Notes: a model not told the origin generated them from the letters alone. Numbered from the stretch's first letter, positions 18,629 through 29,172 are shown. The stretch is 64,000 bases of DNA from Candidatus Bathyarchaeota archaeon (GCA_963806535.1 CAWDYC010000005.1:320001-384000); one strand, 5' to 3'. Numbers and translations: made by a program.

Positions 18629-19131
18629 TGGATCAAATGATGAAAATGTCTAGAGAAGATAAACGTCAAGAACATTATGAGCATCACCATCTAGGACGGG
18701 GGCTTCATCTGGGCAGGTGGGATAATCCCCACAGACGAGGAATCCTCCGGACATGGGTGTTCGTATTGCTTCAACAGGAACCAAGAAACGGCGCTGAAAT
18801 AATGAACCAAATAGAGTTAATCAGCCAAGGAAACTGGCGACCTTCACCAGGCTCAATTTACCCTCTGCTAGATCAACTCTGCAAAGAAGAAAGCATCAGC
18901 AAACGTGAAGACGGAAAATATGAAATCACCGAAAAAGGCAAAAAAGAATTCGAATGGCCTTACAGAATGCACACAAAACAACCACGTTCTGCAGATGGTG
19001 CAATAGAAGAAATGAACAGCTACATCTCTTATCTTGAAGACTTAAAACGCATGGACCCCTCCAAAATTGTCCCCAGCATAGATAAACTCAAAAATGTCAG
19101 AGACCGACTAACAACCTTACTTGACACATAG
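18628..19131 (+). CDS. PadR-family regulator
   Basis: NGAEIMNQIE...WRPSPGSIYPLL...YEITEKG. Confidence 0.9.
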   Translation: MDQMMKMSREDKRQEHYEHHHLGRGLHLGRWDNPHRRGILRTWVFVLLQQEPRNGAEIMNQIELISQGNWRPSPGSIYPLLDQLCKEESISKREDGKYEITEKGKKEFEWPYRMHTKQPRSADGAIEEMNSYISYLEDLKRMDPSKIVPSIDKLKNVRDRLTTLLDT

Positions 19132-19244
19132 GTGTATTGCTCGCTATCGCGGGAGGAAACAAGAAGAAAAAGTTGCGCGTGCGCTCTGAATAGAAAGTTT
19201 TGAACTCACGGGTATGAGACGAGTAGCCCCGCCACAACTTTTTG

Positions 19245-20039
19245 TCAAACGTTTGTTGTTCCCTTATTTCCTTCAACGATGTCTTTTGCCCTAATGTTGG
19301 GGTTATGATATCTTCCGCGTTTGGCTGTTTTCTTCCCATACTGTATGGCTTCAACGGGGCACCATTGGATGCAGGCTAGGCATCTTTCGCAGTGATGCTG
19401 CCAAGAGGGCTTTTTGTTTACGATCTTTATGTTTTGAGTTGGACAAATCTCGCTGCAAAGACCGCAGATAGTGCACTTCTCATTCACCGTGAATTTCTCG
19501 TCAAATTTAGCGGCGCTCCTGTAGAAAAGTCGGCTGCCAATTTTGCTTATGTAAATGCCTGAACTTGTGAGGGGTCGAATTTCCTTTTTTGCGATTGCGT
19601 TGGCTGCTTTCTCTATGATGCCGTCGGCTTCTTCCAATATTTTGTGTGTTTCTTCAGTTGGTGGCGCGTCGAATTTGAGGATGTAGTTGCCAGGCAACTT
19701 TATTCCCTCTGTGTAAGATAACTGTGCGCCTTTGGATTGTAGAACTTCATTAAGTACGGCTAATGTGCCTTGTTTGGACCCGCCGTAATTTGCTACTGCG
19801 AAACAGTATGTTCCGGGGCGTATGTTGAGTTTTTCAGTGAATTGTTTGACTATTCTTGGTAATCCCCGGTAATAGACGGGGAAAACGAAACCCAAGTTTT
19901 CCTCTGAGCCGCCGACTGGTTGGATTGGTGGCGGTCTAGCTATGGATTTGATTTGGCAGTTTCCGATTTTTGTCGCCAGTTGGCGTGTGAGGTATAGTGA
20001 GTTGCCTGTTCCTGAGAAATAGTAAATTGTGGTTGCCAT
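19245..20039 (-). CDS. EFR1-type flavodoxin/ferredoxin fusion
   Basis: YYFSGTGNS; CTICGLCSEICP; CERCLACIQWCP. Confidence 0.9.
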   Translation of the reverse strand: MATTIYYFSGTGNSLYLTRQLATKIGNCQIKSIARPPPIQPVGGSEENLGFVFPVYYRGLPRIVKQFTEKLNIRPGTYCFAVANYGGSKQGTLAVLNEVLQSKGAQLSYTEGIKLPGNYILKFDAPPTEETHKILEEADGIIEKAANAIAKKEIRPLTSSGIYISKIGSRLFYRSAAKFDEKFTVNEKCTICGLCSEICPTQNIKIVNKKPSWQHHCERCLACIQWCPVEAIQYGKKTAKRGRYHNPNIRAKDIVEGNKGTTNV

Positions 20040-20170
20040 GTTTGGTTCTCCATGCTTTTGTTTGTATTGGTTTTGAGATATTGGTTATGCGATACAGTGG
20101 CTATTAAGTATATCGTAAAACCGATATCACGTCAGTAACCTTTAATATCAATTAACTCAAACGACTAGCT

Positions 20171-20491
20171 ATGGCTGAATGTGGCTCCAAAGGCTTCCTC
20201 TCATTTCTGATCGTGTGGCTAGTACGAAAAACGCCGATGACTGGAGCTGAAATAGCCGAAGAATTAGAAAGAAGGCGCGGCAAAAGACCCAGCCCCGGAA
20301 CAATATATCCAGTACTGAAAAACCTAAATAAAAATGAAATTCTCGCAGTAGACCAAAACAAACGATATTCTCTCACGGAAAAAGGGCAGAAAAACCTGGA
20401 AGCAGGCATCGATGAATTCATAAATACCTTTTATGATGTTGATGAAATGAGATTTTGTTTTCAGAAAAAGAAAGAAACAAAGAGTGAGTAA
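20171..20491 (+). CDS. PadR-family regulator
   Basis: TGAEIAEELE...PSPGTIYPVLK...YSLTEKG. Confidence 0.85.
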   Translation: MAECGSKGFLSFLIVWLVRKTPMTGAEIAEELERRRGKRPSPGTIYPVLKNLNKNEILAVDQNKRYSLTEKGQKNLEAGIDEFINTFYDVDEMRFCFQKKKETKSE

Positions 20492-20515
20492 CAGGTTAAC
20501 ATCCGGATGGAATCA

Positions 20516-21791
20516 TTAGAGTTCGGTTTCTTTATACCGCAGAGTATCCATCGTATCTTTAATGAAGGTTTTACCTTTACTCGTCAGCGAGTAAGCACTG
20601 TTTGTTTCGACAATGTATGCTTCGTCGATTAAGGGCTTGATAAGGTCAGAAAAATCGGCATCGAAATCAACGTCTGTTCCAACACTGAATTCATTGAACG
20701 CTGCAGGTATGTAGCTTGGTCGGAAAGTTTTTTCCAGCGAATCCACAAGCTCCTGTTTAGTGCTTAATTTGCCTTTGTATAGGGAGTACAATATCCAGTT
20801 TCGGAAGTTGTCCAAGCGGCGCTGCTCAAGTCGTTTTTCGATTGGCAGACTTGAACTTTGAAAACTCGGGCTGTTGCCCGTTCATCGATTTGGCAACTTC
20901 TCGGGTTAAACTTATTCCATCGATGCTGATTCTAACAGCTATGAATGCTCCAACTATCGCATCTACCCAGTATATGCCAAATATAGAGAAAATTACGCCC
21001 ACAATAACAGCTGCCGAGGAATATACGCTGTTTTTGGAGTCGATAGATTGAGATATTAGCGCCAGGCTCTGGTTTCTGTTTCCCACAATCCGCTGATACA
21101 GCGAAAGAACATACATCGATAGCATAGCTATGAGTTCAATGACAATTACCATTATAGGCATGTATATTGGAGGGAATATGCCCTGAACATTCTTAATTAT
21201 AGAACTTGCTGAATCATAGAACAGAATAGCCGCTGTTAGAAACATCAACCCAAGTATGATAAGCGTGCCCAAGGTGTCTTTTTTGAATTTTATGCCCGCC
21301 CAAACAATTGCTGAAGATGCTGTATCGACTGTTGTGTCTGCGCCATCAGCGATCAAACCGACGCTACCACTAAAAAACCCAGCCAACATTTTCAGTATAG
21401 CTAACGCAAAGTAACCGGCTGTCGCGTTCCTCGCAGCAGCAGAGGGACTTAAAATCTGGGTTTTAATCCTGTGGACCAAACTTTCCATGTCATTGGCGAT
21501 TTCTTCCGCTTGCACCCTGCCTTCAGCCGTTAACTCGTACGTAGCATTATCTGTAAGTTTTATCCATTTTTTGCGAGCCAGGTCATCGCATGTTGATACT
21601 ACACTCAACGTTTCGGAACGTGCACGCCGTCCTCCAGTCTGATTGTGGAAACCTGAGGTTTGCAGGGCAGTTTTTTCTTGGAGTTGCAGCAGGGTTTGGG
21701 CACCTTCTTTGCGAAGAATCAGAAGTATGCATTGAGCTAAATCGCCACTTATCCTTCGTTTCCTGTTTCGTGCCATGCAAATCACAGTCAA
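20516..21791 (-). CDS. Cation diffusion facilitator (CDF) transporter with wHTH-like N- and C-terminal domains (frameshift ~20850)
   Basis: GSVGLIADGADTTVD, SLALISQSIDSKN; YELTAEG at the N-end and YSLTSKG in ORF 20516-20815. Confidence 0.7.
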
Positions 21792-21830
21792 TGTCTATGG
21801 TTTGCGCGCTATTGCCCTCAATAAGCTCAA

Positions 21831-22586
21831 CTATTGTTCGTTTAACAGGTCAGCGAGTAACCGACGTTCCGCTCTTCTTAAATGAACAGCTAAAGTAGAA
21901 CTCGCAAGCCCAAGCTTTGCTGCAAGTTCATCCGCGCTTACTTTTCTAGGCGTATCAAAGTAGCCAAGCCTAAAAGCCAAAATGACAGCGTCCCGCTGTT
22001 TTTCAGTTAGGCGACTAAATGGTGAGCTAGGCAAGAATTTTGCATCCATAAGTGAAACCACCTTAAAATTTCCTGCTTTTTCGAAAAATTCAAGCGCCTC
22101 TTTCACTTGGTCATTATCTCCAAGCAAAGTAACTCTAACTTTTCCATCGCGATAACTAACAGGCATAGATGGGTACATAATTAGTTTTATGCTGCTCGTT
22201 TGAGAACTTGAATGAGGCGGCTTTCCCTTCATGAAGTAAATATAGATTCCTTCTTTTTCTTTCTCTAACAGTTGCAGTTCGACCTTGGCACCATGAGTCA
22301 TCTCTTTGTTATTAAATAGGTCTTCAATGTTGAAAGAAGGATCTTTGATTTCCACCTTAAGTATAGCTGCGAATTCGTCCTGATCAAATCTGAGAACATG
22401 CAGCATCTCAAATGACTTTATCTTTTGCAACATTTCCAATAATTTTAGACTCGATTCAATGTCAGGCGACTTTATGTTTTGATTCGGAAATTCTGGCTCA
22501 GGTTTGTCGACATCCTTTAGGTTTTCTAGATCTTTTAGTTTTTTAATTTGGTCTTTTATCGACAACTCTAAAACTAGTCTGCGCAC
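21831..22586 (-). CDS. HTH-10 (Bat-type) transcriptional regulator
   Basis: LTEKQRDAVILAFRLGYFDTPRKVSADELAAKLGLASSTLAVHLRRAE. Confidence 0.9.
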   Translation of the reverse strand: MRRLVLELSIKDQIKKLKDLENLKDVDKPEPEFPNQNIKSPDIESSLKLLEMLQKIKSFEMLHVLRFDQDEFAAILKVEIKDPSFNIEDLFNNKEMTHGAKVELQLLEKEKEGIYIYFMKGKPPHSSSQTSSIKLIMYPSMPVSYRDGKVRVTLLGDNDQVKEALEFFEKAGNFKVVSLMDAKFLPSSPFSRLTEKQRDAVILAFRLGYFDTPRKVSADELAAKLGLASSTLAVHLRRAERRLLADLLNEQ

Positions 22587-22628
22587 AGATAGGGATTGGC
22601 GTGGTACCCTAAATACTTTTTGAAAAGA

Positions 22629-22656
22629 CGAGTGTATTCGCTACAAGCTTAATCCG
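22629..22656 (+). promoter_or_regulatory. 28-bp operator-like box, duplicated at 24268-24295
   Basis: cgagtgtattcgctacaa(g/a)cttaatccg, 1 mismatch, each just downstream of a TATA-like tract. Confidence 0.75.
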
Positions 22657-22696
22657 CATGCCTTGACATGTGTAGGGAAAAACGAAGCGAAAAAAC

Positions 22697-24197
22697 ATGA
22701 CAGCTTTAAACCCAAAAGATAATTCGTTACCAACCGGTAAGACAAAAGCCGACAAATACCCCATTCGGGCACTTGTAATCTTAACTGCATCTCTTCTACT
22801 CATCAGTTATGTAGAAACCATGGTTCTTCCAGGCATCCCGACAATTGTGAAAGACTTGTCTACAACAACAACCATTGGATCTTGGATCACATCCATAGTT
22901 CTCCTAGTTGGTGCCGTGGTTTCATCAATTTTCGGCAAACTAGGTGACCTTTATGGAAAGAAAAAAATGATGCTTGTAGCTCTTGCTTTCTATACCATGG
23001 GCGTCGGCATCGCGGGATTCTCAACTAGCATTTACTTCCTGATATTTGCCCGAGCCATCCAAGGCGTAGGCTTAGCCATGCTTCCACTGGCACTAGCGTT
23101 TTTAACAGATATATTTCCCAAAGAACGATTAGCCAGTGCAATGGGCGTCATTGTAGGCTCAGCAGCCATCAGCACTTCGCTGGGATTAGTGCTTGGATCA
23201 TACGTTATTCAAAACTTAGGTTGGCGTGATGCTTTCCACATTGCGGCGATATTAAGCGTGATAGTTTTTGTCGCTGTCGTAGTGGTCATAAAACGAGACG
23301 CCTCCTGTACAAAGTGTAAAATAGACTACGTCGGTGCCCTACTGCTTTCACTAGGAATAGCACTTGTACTGATATACACAACGGAAGGATCAGCGCTAGG
23401 CTGGTTTTCACTTGAAGAATTGGCATTCTTGATTCCTGGGCTTTCATTGATAATTTCATTCTTCTACGCGGAAACTGTAGTGCCTGAACCGTTAATTCGG
23501 CTTGATCTTCTTAAAATAAGAAATGTTTTTATCGCTAATTTAGTTGTTCTCATATCAGGCATCACGAACTTTCTGCTCTTCTTTGTCGCCATCGAGTACC
23601 TTGAAGTGCCTGCGCCATATGGGCTGGGTTTTGATGTCATCCACACTGGTCTAACAATAGTGCCAGGTACAATAGTCATGCTTATAATGGGGCCGCTTGT
23701 TGGAAGGCTGGTGAGTAGAGTTGGACCCAAGCCAACACTCGTTGCAGGTGCAGGCGTCGAAATCGTGAGCTTTTTGCTGTTCATAGTCAACCGAGGAACC
23801 GCCATAGGCGTCACAGTAGACATAATTTTCGGTTTTATAGGACTTGTCACTCTGCTGGTACCTATCTCAAACATGATATCCCTATCTCTGCCCAAAGAAA
23901 GCATCTCTGTTGGTCAAGGATTCAACCAAACTCTCAAGAATCTTGGAAGTCGCAGTTGGGCCAGTTCTTACAACGTCAATCTTGGCTTCATTCACCGTTG
24001 CAGTAACTAAAGTCGTAGGTGGAAAAAGCGTTATTGTCGCAACTCTGCCCTCAGCAACAGCGTTCAACGTTATCTTCGGAATAGGTATCGCATTAGCCGT
24101 TTTAATCATCGCTTTGAGTCTGACAATCAAGAACGATGTTTTCAAAAAACCGAAGCAGGATGTGTCGAGAACCCTTGAAAAGAAGACTGTACCTTAG
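22697..24197 (+). CDS. MFS (DHA2-like) efflux transporter, frameshift ~23950
   Basis: GKLGDLYGKK motif A; ORF 23910-24197 supplies the C-terminus homologous to the paralog at 29167. Confidence 0.85.
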
Positions 24198-24267
24198 AAT
24201 GGAAGCCAGTGCCCGCTCGTTAAATTACTTGCTGGGCTGACGTTGCATCCTAATATTTTATAAAAAG

Positions 24268-24295
24268 CGAGTGTATTCGCTACAAACTTAATCCG
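24268..24295 (+). promoter_or_regulatory. Second copy of 28-bp operator-like box
   Basis: See 22629-22656. Confidence 0.75.
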
Positions 24296-24339
24296 AAACA
24301 GCAACCATGTATTAGGAAATTACGTGAAGTGAAAAATAA

Positions 24340-25341
24340 ATGGATCCATCAGATATTATTTCGGTCGAAAACCTCGTAGAGGTCTATGCTGACGGTACAA
24401 GAGCACTTGAAGGGATCTCTTTTAATGTGAAAAAGGGCGAGTTTTTCGGGTTTCTGGGGCCAAATGGCGCAGGAAAAAGCACCACAATCAAAATCCTCAC
24501 CACGCTCCTCAAAAAGACTTCAGGGCACGTGCAAGTAGCTGGTTACGATTTAGAAAAATCGCCAAAAGAAATCCGAAAAGTTATCGGAGTCCTCACACAA
24601 GAAACCATAATAGACGTTGACCTAACAGGCAAAGAAAACCTCCGTCTTCAAGGTCGACTCCAACAAATGCATGGTAGCGCCTTAGACCAACGAGTGGACG
24701 AGCTACTAAAAACTGTGCAGCTTGAAGAATTCGCAAACAAACCTGCTGGCCGATATTCAGGCGGCATGAAAAAACGGCTTGACCTCGCCTCTGCCCTAAT
24801 TCATAAGCCTAAATTACTTTTCCTTGATGAGCCGACAACTGGGCTTGATCCTCAAGCCCGTGCGTCAATATGGGACTACCTGGATGAGCTAAACAGGGAA
24901 GAAGGCATTACAATATTTTTGACGACTCAGTACTTGGAGGAGGCAGACAAACTCTGCCGGCGACTCTCAATAATTGATCACGGGAAAATTGTTGCTGGTG
25001 GTTCGCCAACAGAACTCAAGCAGGCAATCGGACATGACACCATAACTCTTTCTCTTAAGGACCCAAAAGATTCCCTGTTGAGATCCGAAACAAAAAGGAT
25101 TTTGCAAGAAATTCCTGGCGTAGTGGATGTTACTGATTCAGACGGCGGTATTGCTGCTCATGCGAAGAACGCGGATGAAATAATAGCTGATGTAGTTACA
25201 GCGTTGGACCGCAATAACATTCGCCCGACTTCTTTGAACATGTCCTCTCCAACACTTGATGATGTTTTCCTGCACCACACAGGCAGAAGAATAAGACCCG
25301 AAGAACTCGGCAGAAAAATCAACGAACAAATCTTAATGTGA
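24340..25341 (+). CDS. DrrA-type ABC exporter ATP-binding subunit
   Basis: GPNGAGKST, YSGGMKKRL, FLDEPTTGLDP, PTLDDVF. Confidence 0.92.
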   Translation: MDPSDIISVENLVEVYADGTRALEGISFNVKKGEFFGFLGPNGAGKSTTIKILTTLLKKTSGHVQVAGYDLEKSPKEIRKVIGVLTQETIIDVDLTGKENLRLQGRLQQMHGSALDQRVDELLKTVQLEEFANKPAGRYSGGMKKRLDLASALIHKPKLLFLDEPTTGLDPQARASIWDYLDELNREEGITIFLTTQYLEEADKLCRRLSIIDHGKIVAGGSPTELKQAIGHDTITLSLKDPKDSLLRSETKRILQEIPGVVDVTDSDGGIAAHAKNADEIIADVVTALDRNNIRPTSLNMSSPTLDDVFLHHTGRRIRPEELGRKINEQILM

Positions 25342-25353
25342 GGTAAAACAAAA

Positions 25354-26116
25354 ATGACACTATTTTATGACATTCAATCCTTGTTCCAAAGAGCTTTAAT
25401 AAAACTACGGAGAAACCCTACTCTACTGTTTGTCCACCTCTTCACGCCATTGCTGTTTCTGATCCTTTTCTCCCAGTTACTTCAACAACTCGGCATTTTT
25501 CTAGGACCAACTGGAAGTTACCTTGCTTACCTTACGCCGGGGATATTGGTGCTGAATTTAGTAATTGGTATGCCGACGGGCCAGTCGAGTCGTGAGTGAT
25601 CTTAACTCGGGGTTTCTTCAGAAAGTGCTTTTAACTCCTGCCAGCAGATCGGCAATTTTGCTTGGTCGCTTGGTGAGCGACATACTCGTGCTGATGGCCC
25701 AGTCAGCCATAATAATTGGAGTGGCAATGCTGCTGGGTCTTAGAATCGCAACCGGGGTCGGTGGACTCTTACTCATTTTCGTGACTTTTGCCTTCTTCGG
25801 ACTTGCTTGGTTTGGGCTTTCACTTGCCTTGGGCTTGAAGACAAAGAACGCAGAAACTCTATCAGCAGTTTCCAATATTATAGCCTTACCACTTATGTTC
25901 ATTAGCAGTGGCCTCTTTCCCACATCAATCATGCCTCTTTGGGCGCGAACCGTTGCTGACTACAACCCATTGAGTTATGTTTCTAACGTAACAAGAGGCT
26001 TAATCGAGGGAGGGTTGACTTGGAGTACGTTTGTTTCTGCTTACGCTGTAATCGGAGTGATTGCGATTGTGACTTTCGGCGCTACTTTGTACCTATTCAG
26101 GAAAGTGGTCAGTTAA
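25354..26116 (+). CDS. ABC-2 permease (frameshift ~25580)
   Basis: YLAYLTPGIL; PLMFISSGLFP..MPLWA...NPLSY split over two ORFs. Confidence 0.85.
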
Positions 26117-26395
26117 AAGGACCTAAAAATGACAACAGATAAACTGATTACAATGCCAGTGCTGGATAACAATTCCTCATTTTTTTTATTTTTCTAAAAA
26201 ACTTTCTGTATTTTGTTGAACTCAATATACCCGCAAAGTTTTTTTCTAAAGCCTTATTTATCGGTCGGATTGGTTGCTGGATTTTTTTTGCGGATAGAGG
26301 CTTAATTGCGTTAGCGGTGGCTTTGTTGATTGCCGCTTGGTATTTTACCCTTTTTTTGATGAATGCTCCCGTTTGCCTAGGTTTATTTGCCATAT

Positions 26396-26442
26396 TGGTG
26401 CATGGGGTGGGAGTTGAACCCGAGTGCACTCCGAAAGTACAC
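26396..26442 (-). other. Degenerate tRNA 3'-end fragment (hairpin, T-arm, acceptor strand, CCA)
   Basis: rc: gtgtactttcggagtgcac tcgggttcaactcccaccccatgcacca; no pairing 5' acceptor strand. Confidence 0.55.
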
Positions 26443-26500
26443 ATAGCTAAGCACCGTGTGCAGCTAGGTTAAATATAATTTCACGTGTGAAGTAATAACG

Positions 26501-27304
26501 ATGGCAAGGGTAATTTGTGTGGATGAAGAAAACGAACAAAAAAGCAAACTCAAAGACGACGCTACAGATCCAAAATGGTTACTGCGCTTAGGAGTACTTG
26601 AATCACTCAACGAAAAAGCAATGTCCTGCTCAGAATTAATTGATGAAATCCACAAGAACACCGGCGGAACATGGAAACCCAGTCTAGACGTAATCTACCC
26701 ATTACTTACCAAACTCCAAGATAACGCATATGTAAAAGAATTGCCCAACGGAAAAGGGTTTAAACGCTATGAGTTAACACAAAATGGCAAAAACTTGCTT
26801 GTGGACCAAACCAAAATTAAAGAGAAGTTTATTCAAGACACCATAAGAGAGGCACATTTGAAAAAAGGATTTCATGTTTTGGATTTTGGCTGTGGACCAG
26901 GACGTTATGTACTTGCTGTTTCAAAAGCAATAGGGGTGACAGGTAAACTGTATGCGTTGGATACTGCGCCGCTTGCCCTTGAAATGGTAAGACAAATCGT
27001 CGATAAAAATAAGCTAGCGAATGTAAAAACTATTGAATCCGATTGCGATACAGGTCTACCTGACGAAGAATTAGACGTTGCCTTCTTATATGATGCGTTT
27101 CACGGCTTCGATGACCCAAATGCCATATTGTCTGAAGTGCATAGAGTGCTAAAACCGACGGGTATCTTATCATTTAGCGACATCCATATAGAGGATAACG
27201 AGATAATCTCAAGCGTCACCCGCCGTAGATTATTTAAGCTAAAAAGCAAAAACCAATTAACCTATACATTCATGAAGACAGTAAAAGTGCTCATCGACAA
27301 ATAG
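26501..27304 (+). CDS. PadR-like wHTH fused to class I SAM methyltransferase
   Basis: WKPSLDVIYPLL...YELTQNG then VLDFGCGPG, EVHRVLKPTG. Confidence 0.75.
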   Translation: MARVICVDEENEQKSKLKDDATDPKWLLRLGVLESLNEKAMSCSELIDEIHKNTGGTWKPSLDVIYPLLTKLQDNAYVKELPNGKGFKRYELTQNGKNLLVDQTKIKEKFIQDTIREAHLKKGFHVLDFGCGPGRYVLAVSKAIGVTGKLYALDTAPLALEMVRQIVDKNKLANVKTIESDCDTGLPDEELDVAFLYDAFHGFDDPNAILSEVHRVLKPTGILSFSDIHIEDNEIISSVTRRRLFKLKSKNQLTYTFMKTVKVLIDK

Positions 27305-27397
27305 AGCCTTATCGTTTGTAGAGGATTTCTATGATCAAGGAATTTAAAAAACGTCAGGATAATCGTCAGGACAAAAACCATGTATTTTATTTATAAG

Positions 27398-27456
27398 TGG
27401 TGCCGGGGGGTGGGACTTGAACCCACTAAGGCCTGCGCCATAGGATCTTAAATCCT
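27398..27456 (-). other. tRNA-Leu(TAA) 3' fragment, att-like relic
   Basis: rc: agga-tt-TAA-ga-tcct, long variable arm, gtgggttcaagtcccac cccccggca cca; no D-arm or 5' acceptor strand. Confidence 0.7.
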
Positions 27457-27476
27457 TCTCTATATCTAAGGTAATC

Positions 27477-27531
27477 AAAGCGTCCTTTAGTTGGCGCTAC
27501 CATGGATGAATATATACGTCACCATTGGAAT
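27477..27531 (+). repeat. 55-bp dispersed direct repeat, copy 2
   Basis: Matches 16301-16355. Confidence 0.8.
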
Positions 27532-27620
27532 AGCCCTTTAGCTTTTTTAAAAACTGAAAGCCCATTAGGTCCCTTTGGTCAAGTATGAACTTTTTCTCTT
27601 CTAAATTTACTTAATGGGAA

Positions 27621-28103
27621 TTATGAGTTTGAACGGTTTATTGTTGCCTCGCGAATTCCTTCTTGGGATATTGCGTTTTTGAGTTTTTTTAATAGTAATA
27701 ACAATTCAGTTGTTTCTTGCGGTGTCAGAGCACTGACTGATTTCTGGAGAAACTCTGTAATTTGCTCTCTTGTTTTTTCGTAAAATTTCTTCCCTTCGGG
27801 GGTAAGTTGAATTTCTATTTTTCTTCGGTCTTTGCAGTCTTCCCGTTTCACTAGCCCCTTTTTTTCCATTCGGTCAATTAGGCTGGTTATAGTTGGTGAA
27901 CTAACCATAAGCTCATGGCTAAGTTCATTCATTTGCATCGGTTTTTTTGAGATAATTTTGAGCACAGCCCATTGTTGATCAGTTATATTATTCTGTTTTC
28001 CGATAACATCTATTAGCACTTTGGAGAAAAGTCTCTGGATGTCTCTTATTTCAGCGGAAATTTCCTCTCGCTGTGTTTTCGTTGCTTCTTCAAGTTCATT
28101 CAT
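27621..28103 (-). CDS. MarR-family regulator
   Basis: ITDQQWAVL...ITSLIDRMEKKGLVKRE..DRR...LTPEG. Confidence 0.92.
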   Translation of the reverse strand: MNELEEATKTQREEISAEIRDIQRLFSKVLIDVIGKQNNITDQQWAVLKIISKKPMQMNELSHELMVSSPTITSLIDRMEKKGLVKREDCKDRRKIEIQLTPEGKKFYEKTREQITEFLQKSVSALTPQETTELLLLLKKLKNAISQEGIREATINRSNS

Positions 28104-28137
28104 ATCATTCTACCCAAACATTTAGCCATACCAATTA

Positions 28138-28226
28138 TTAGTGTGACTAACTATAAATACCTGTTTGATATTATTTAGTCACACTAATGTTCAGTCCACC
28201 TAAGTTATTCGGTGAATAAAATGGTA
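28138..28226 (+). promoter_or_regulatory. Promoter with TTAGT-N3-ACTAA palindromes flanking a TATA box (MarR-like operator), duplicated at 29082-29172
   Basis: ttagtgtgactaa ctataaata ... ttagtcacactaa ... ggtgaataaaATGGTA. Confidence 0.75.
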
Positions 28227-28373
28227 AGCACGAACTCTAATAAAGAATTAAAAAATTTCCAGCCTGAAAACAAACCCGTCGCCCTGGTCACCGGGGCTAA
28301 TCAAGGAATCGGTCTTCAGATCGCAAAGGGTCTTGCGGCACACGGATTCAAATTGGGGAGTAACCATGTTTAG
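28221..28373 (+). pseudogene. Truncated short-chain dehydrogenase (N-terminal Rossmann fragment)
   Basis: VALVTGANQGIGLQIAKGLAAHG then stop after 50 aa. Confidence 0.7.
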
Positions 28374-29085
28374 AAAAAGCAAAGCTAAGGAAATTGAACA
28401 GTTTTCCACTCTACCGCTTGCAAAGAAAGAACTTGCCGTTTTCTATTTAGGAAAATCAGGTTTTCTTGCGCGAACAACAAATTCAACAGTCATAATTGAT
28501 CCTGCAGGATTCCTCAAGAAAGAGGAGGTAACCAACCTAAAGGCAGTTAATTTGCTGCTCTTTACTCACAGTCACGGGGACCATTTTAATTCAGGCGCAA
28601 CTCAAGCCATCTTCAAGGCAACAGCTGCTCCGATACTGGCTGAGTCTAAAGTAATCAAAAAACTAAGTGGAAAAATACCCGCAGGTAAACTTACAAGTGC
28701 CGAGTCTGGAAAAACCTACACTTTCGGCGATATTACGGTTACAGCTATTAAGGGTACCCATCTTGGTCCAATCATGTTATACCAAGTAAGAACTGGTGAT
28801 CTCATTGTTTTCCATGGCGGTGACTCTGGATACGTAACATTGAATGCATATCCGTCTGACATCGCGTTTCTTCCAACTGGAAGACCCACGGCTTCCCCTG
28901 AAAAAGCATACAAAATGGCGTCTGACCTTACACCCAGCTGGGCGGTTCCGATACATGGGTCCGCTAAACAGAAGCTACAGTTTGAAAGCAAAATAAAAGT
29001 AGGCATGCCCCAAACTCACGTTCTAATTCTTGAACCCTACACAAGTGCAACCATTACGCCTAACATTAGCTGTACTAATTGTTAG
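28366..29085 (+). CDS. Metallo-beta-lactamase-fold hydrolase (UlaG/COG2220-like)
   Basis: THSHGDH, FHGGDS, AVPIHG. Confidence 0.85.
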   Translation: MFRKSKAKEIEQFSTLPLAKKELAVFYLGKSGFLARTTNSTVIIDPAGFLKKEEVTNLKAVNLLLFTHSHGDHFNSGATQAIFKATAAPILAESKVIKKLSGKIPAGKLTSAESGKTYTFGDITVTAIKGTHLGPIMLYQVRTGDLIVFHGGDSGYVTLNAYPSDIAFLPTGRPTASPEKAYKMASDLTPSWAVPIHGSAKQKLQFESKIKVGMPQTHVLILEPYTSATITPNISCTNC

Positions 29086-29172
29086 TGTAACTAAGTATAA
29101 ATATCTGTTTTGATATTAGTTAGTGAGACTAATGTTTAGTTCATCTAAGTGCTTTGGTGAAATAAAATGGTA
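29082..29172 (+). promoter_or_regulatory. Second copy of MarR-like promoter/operator
   Basis: ttagtgtaactaa gtataaata ... ttagtgagactaa ... ggtgaaataaaATGGTA. Confidence 0.75.

Noticed and set aside
27398-27456. Complete tRNA-Leu gene
   Set aside because: No D-arm or 5' acceptor strand upstream; reported only as a fragment.
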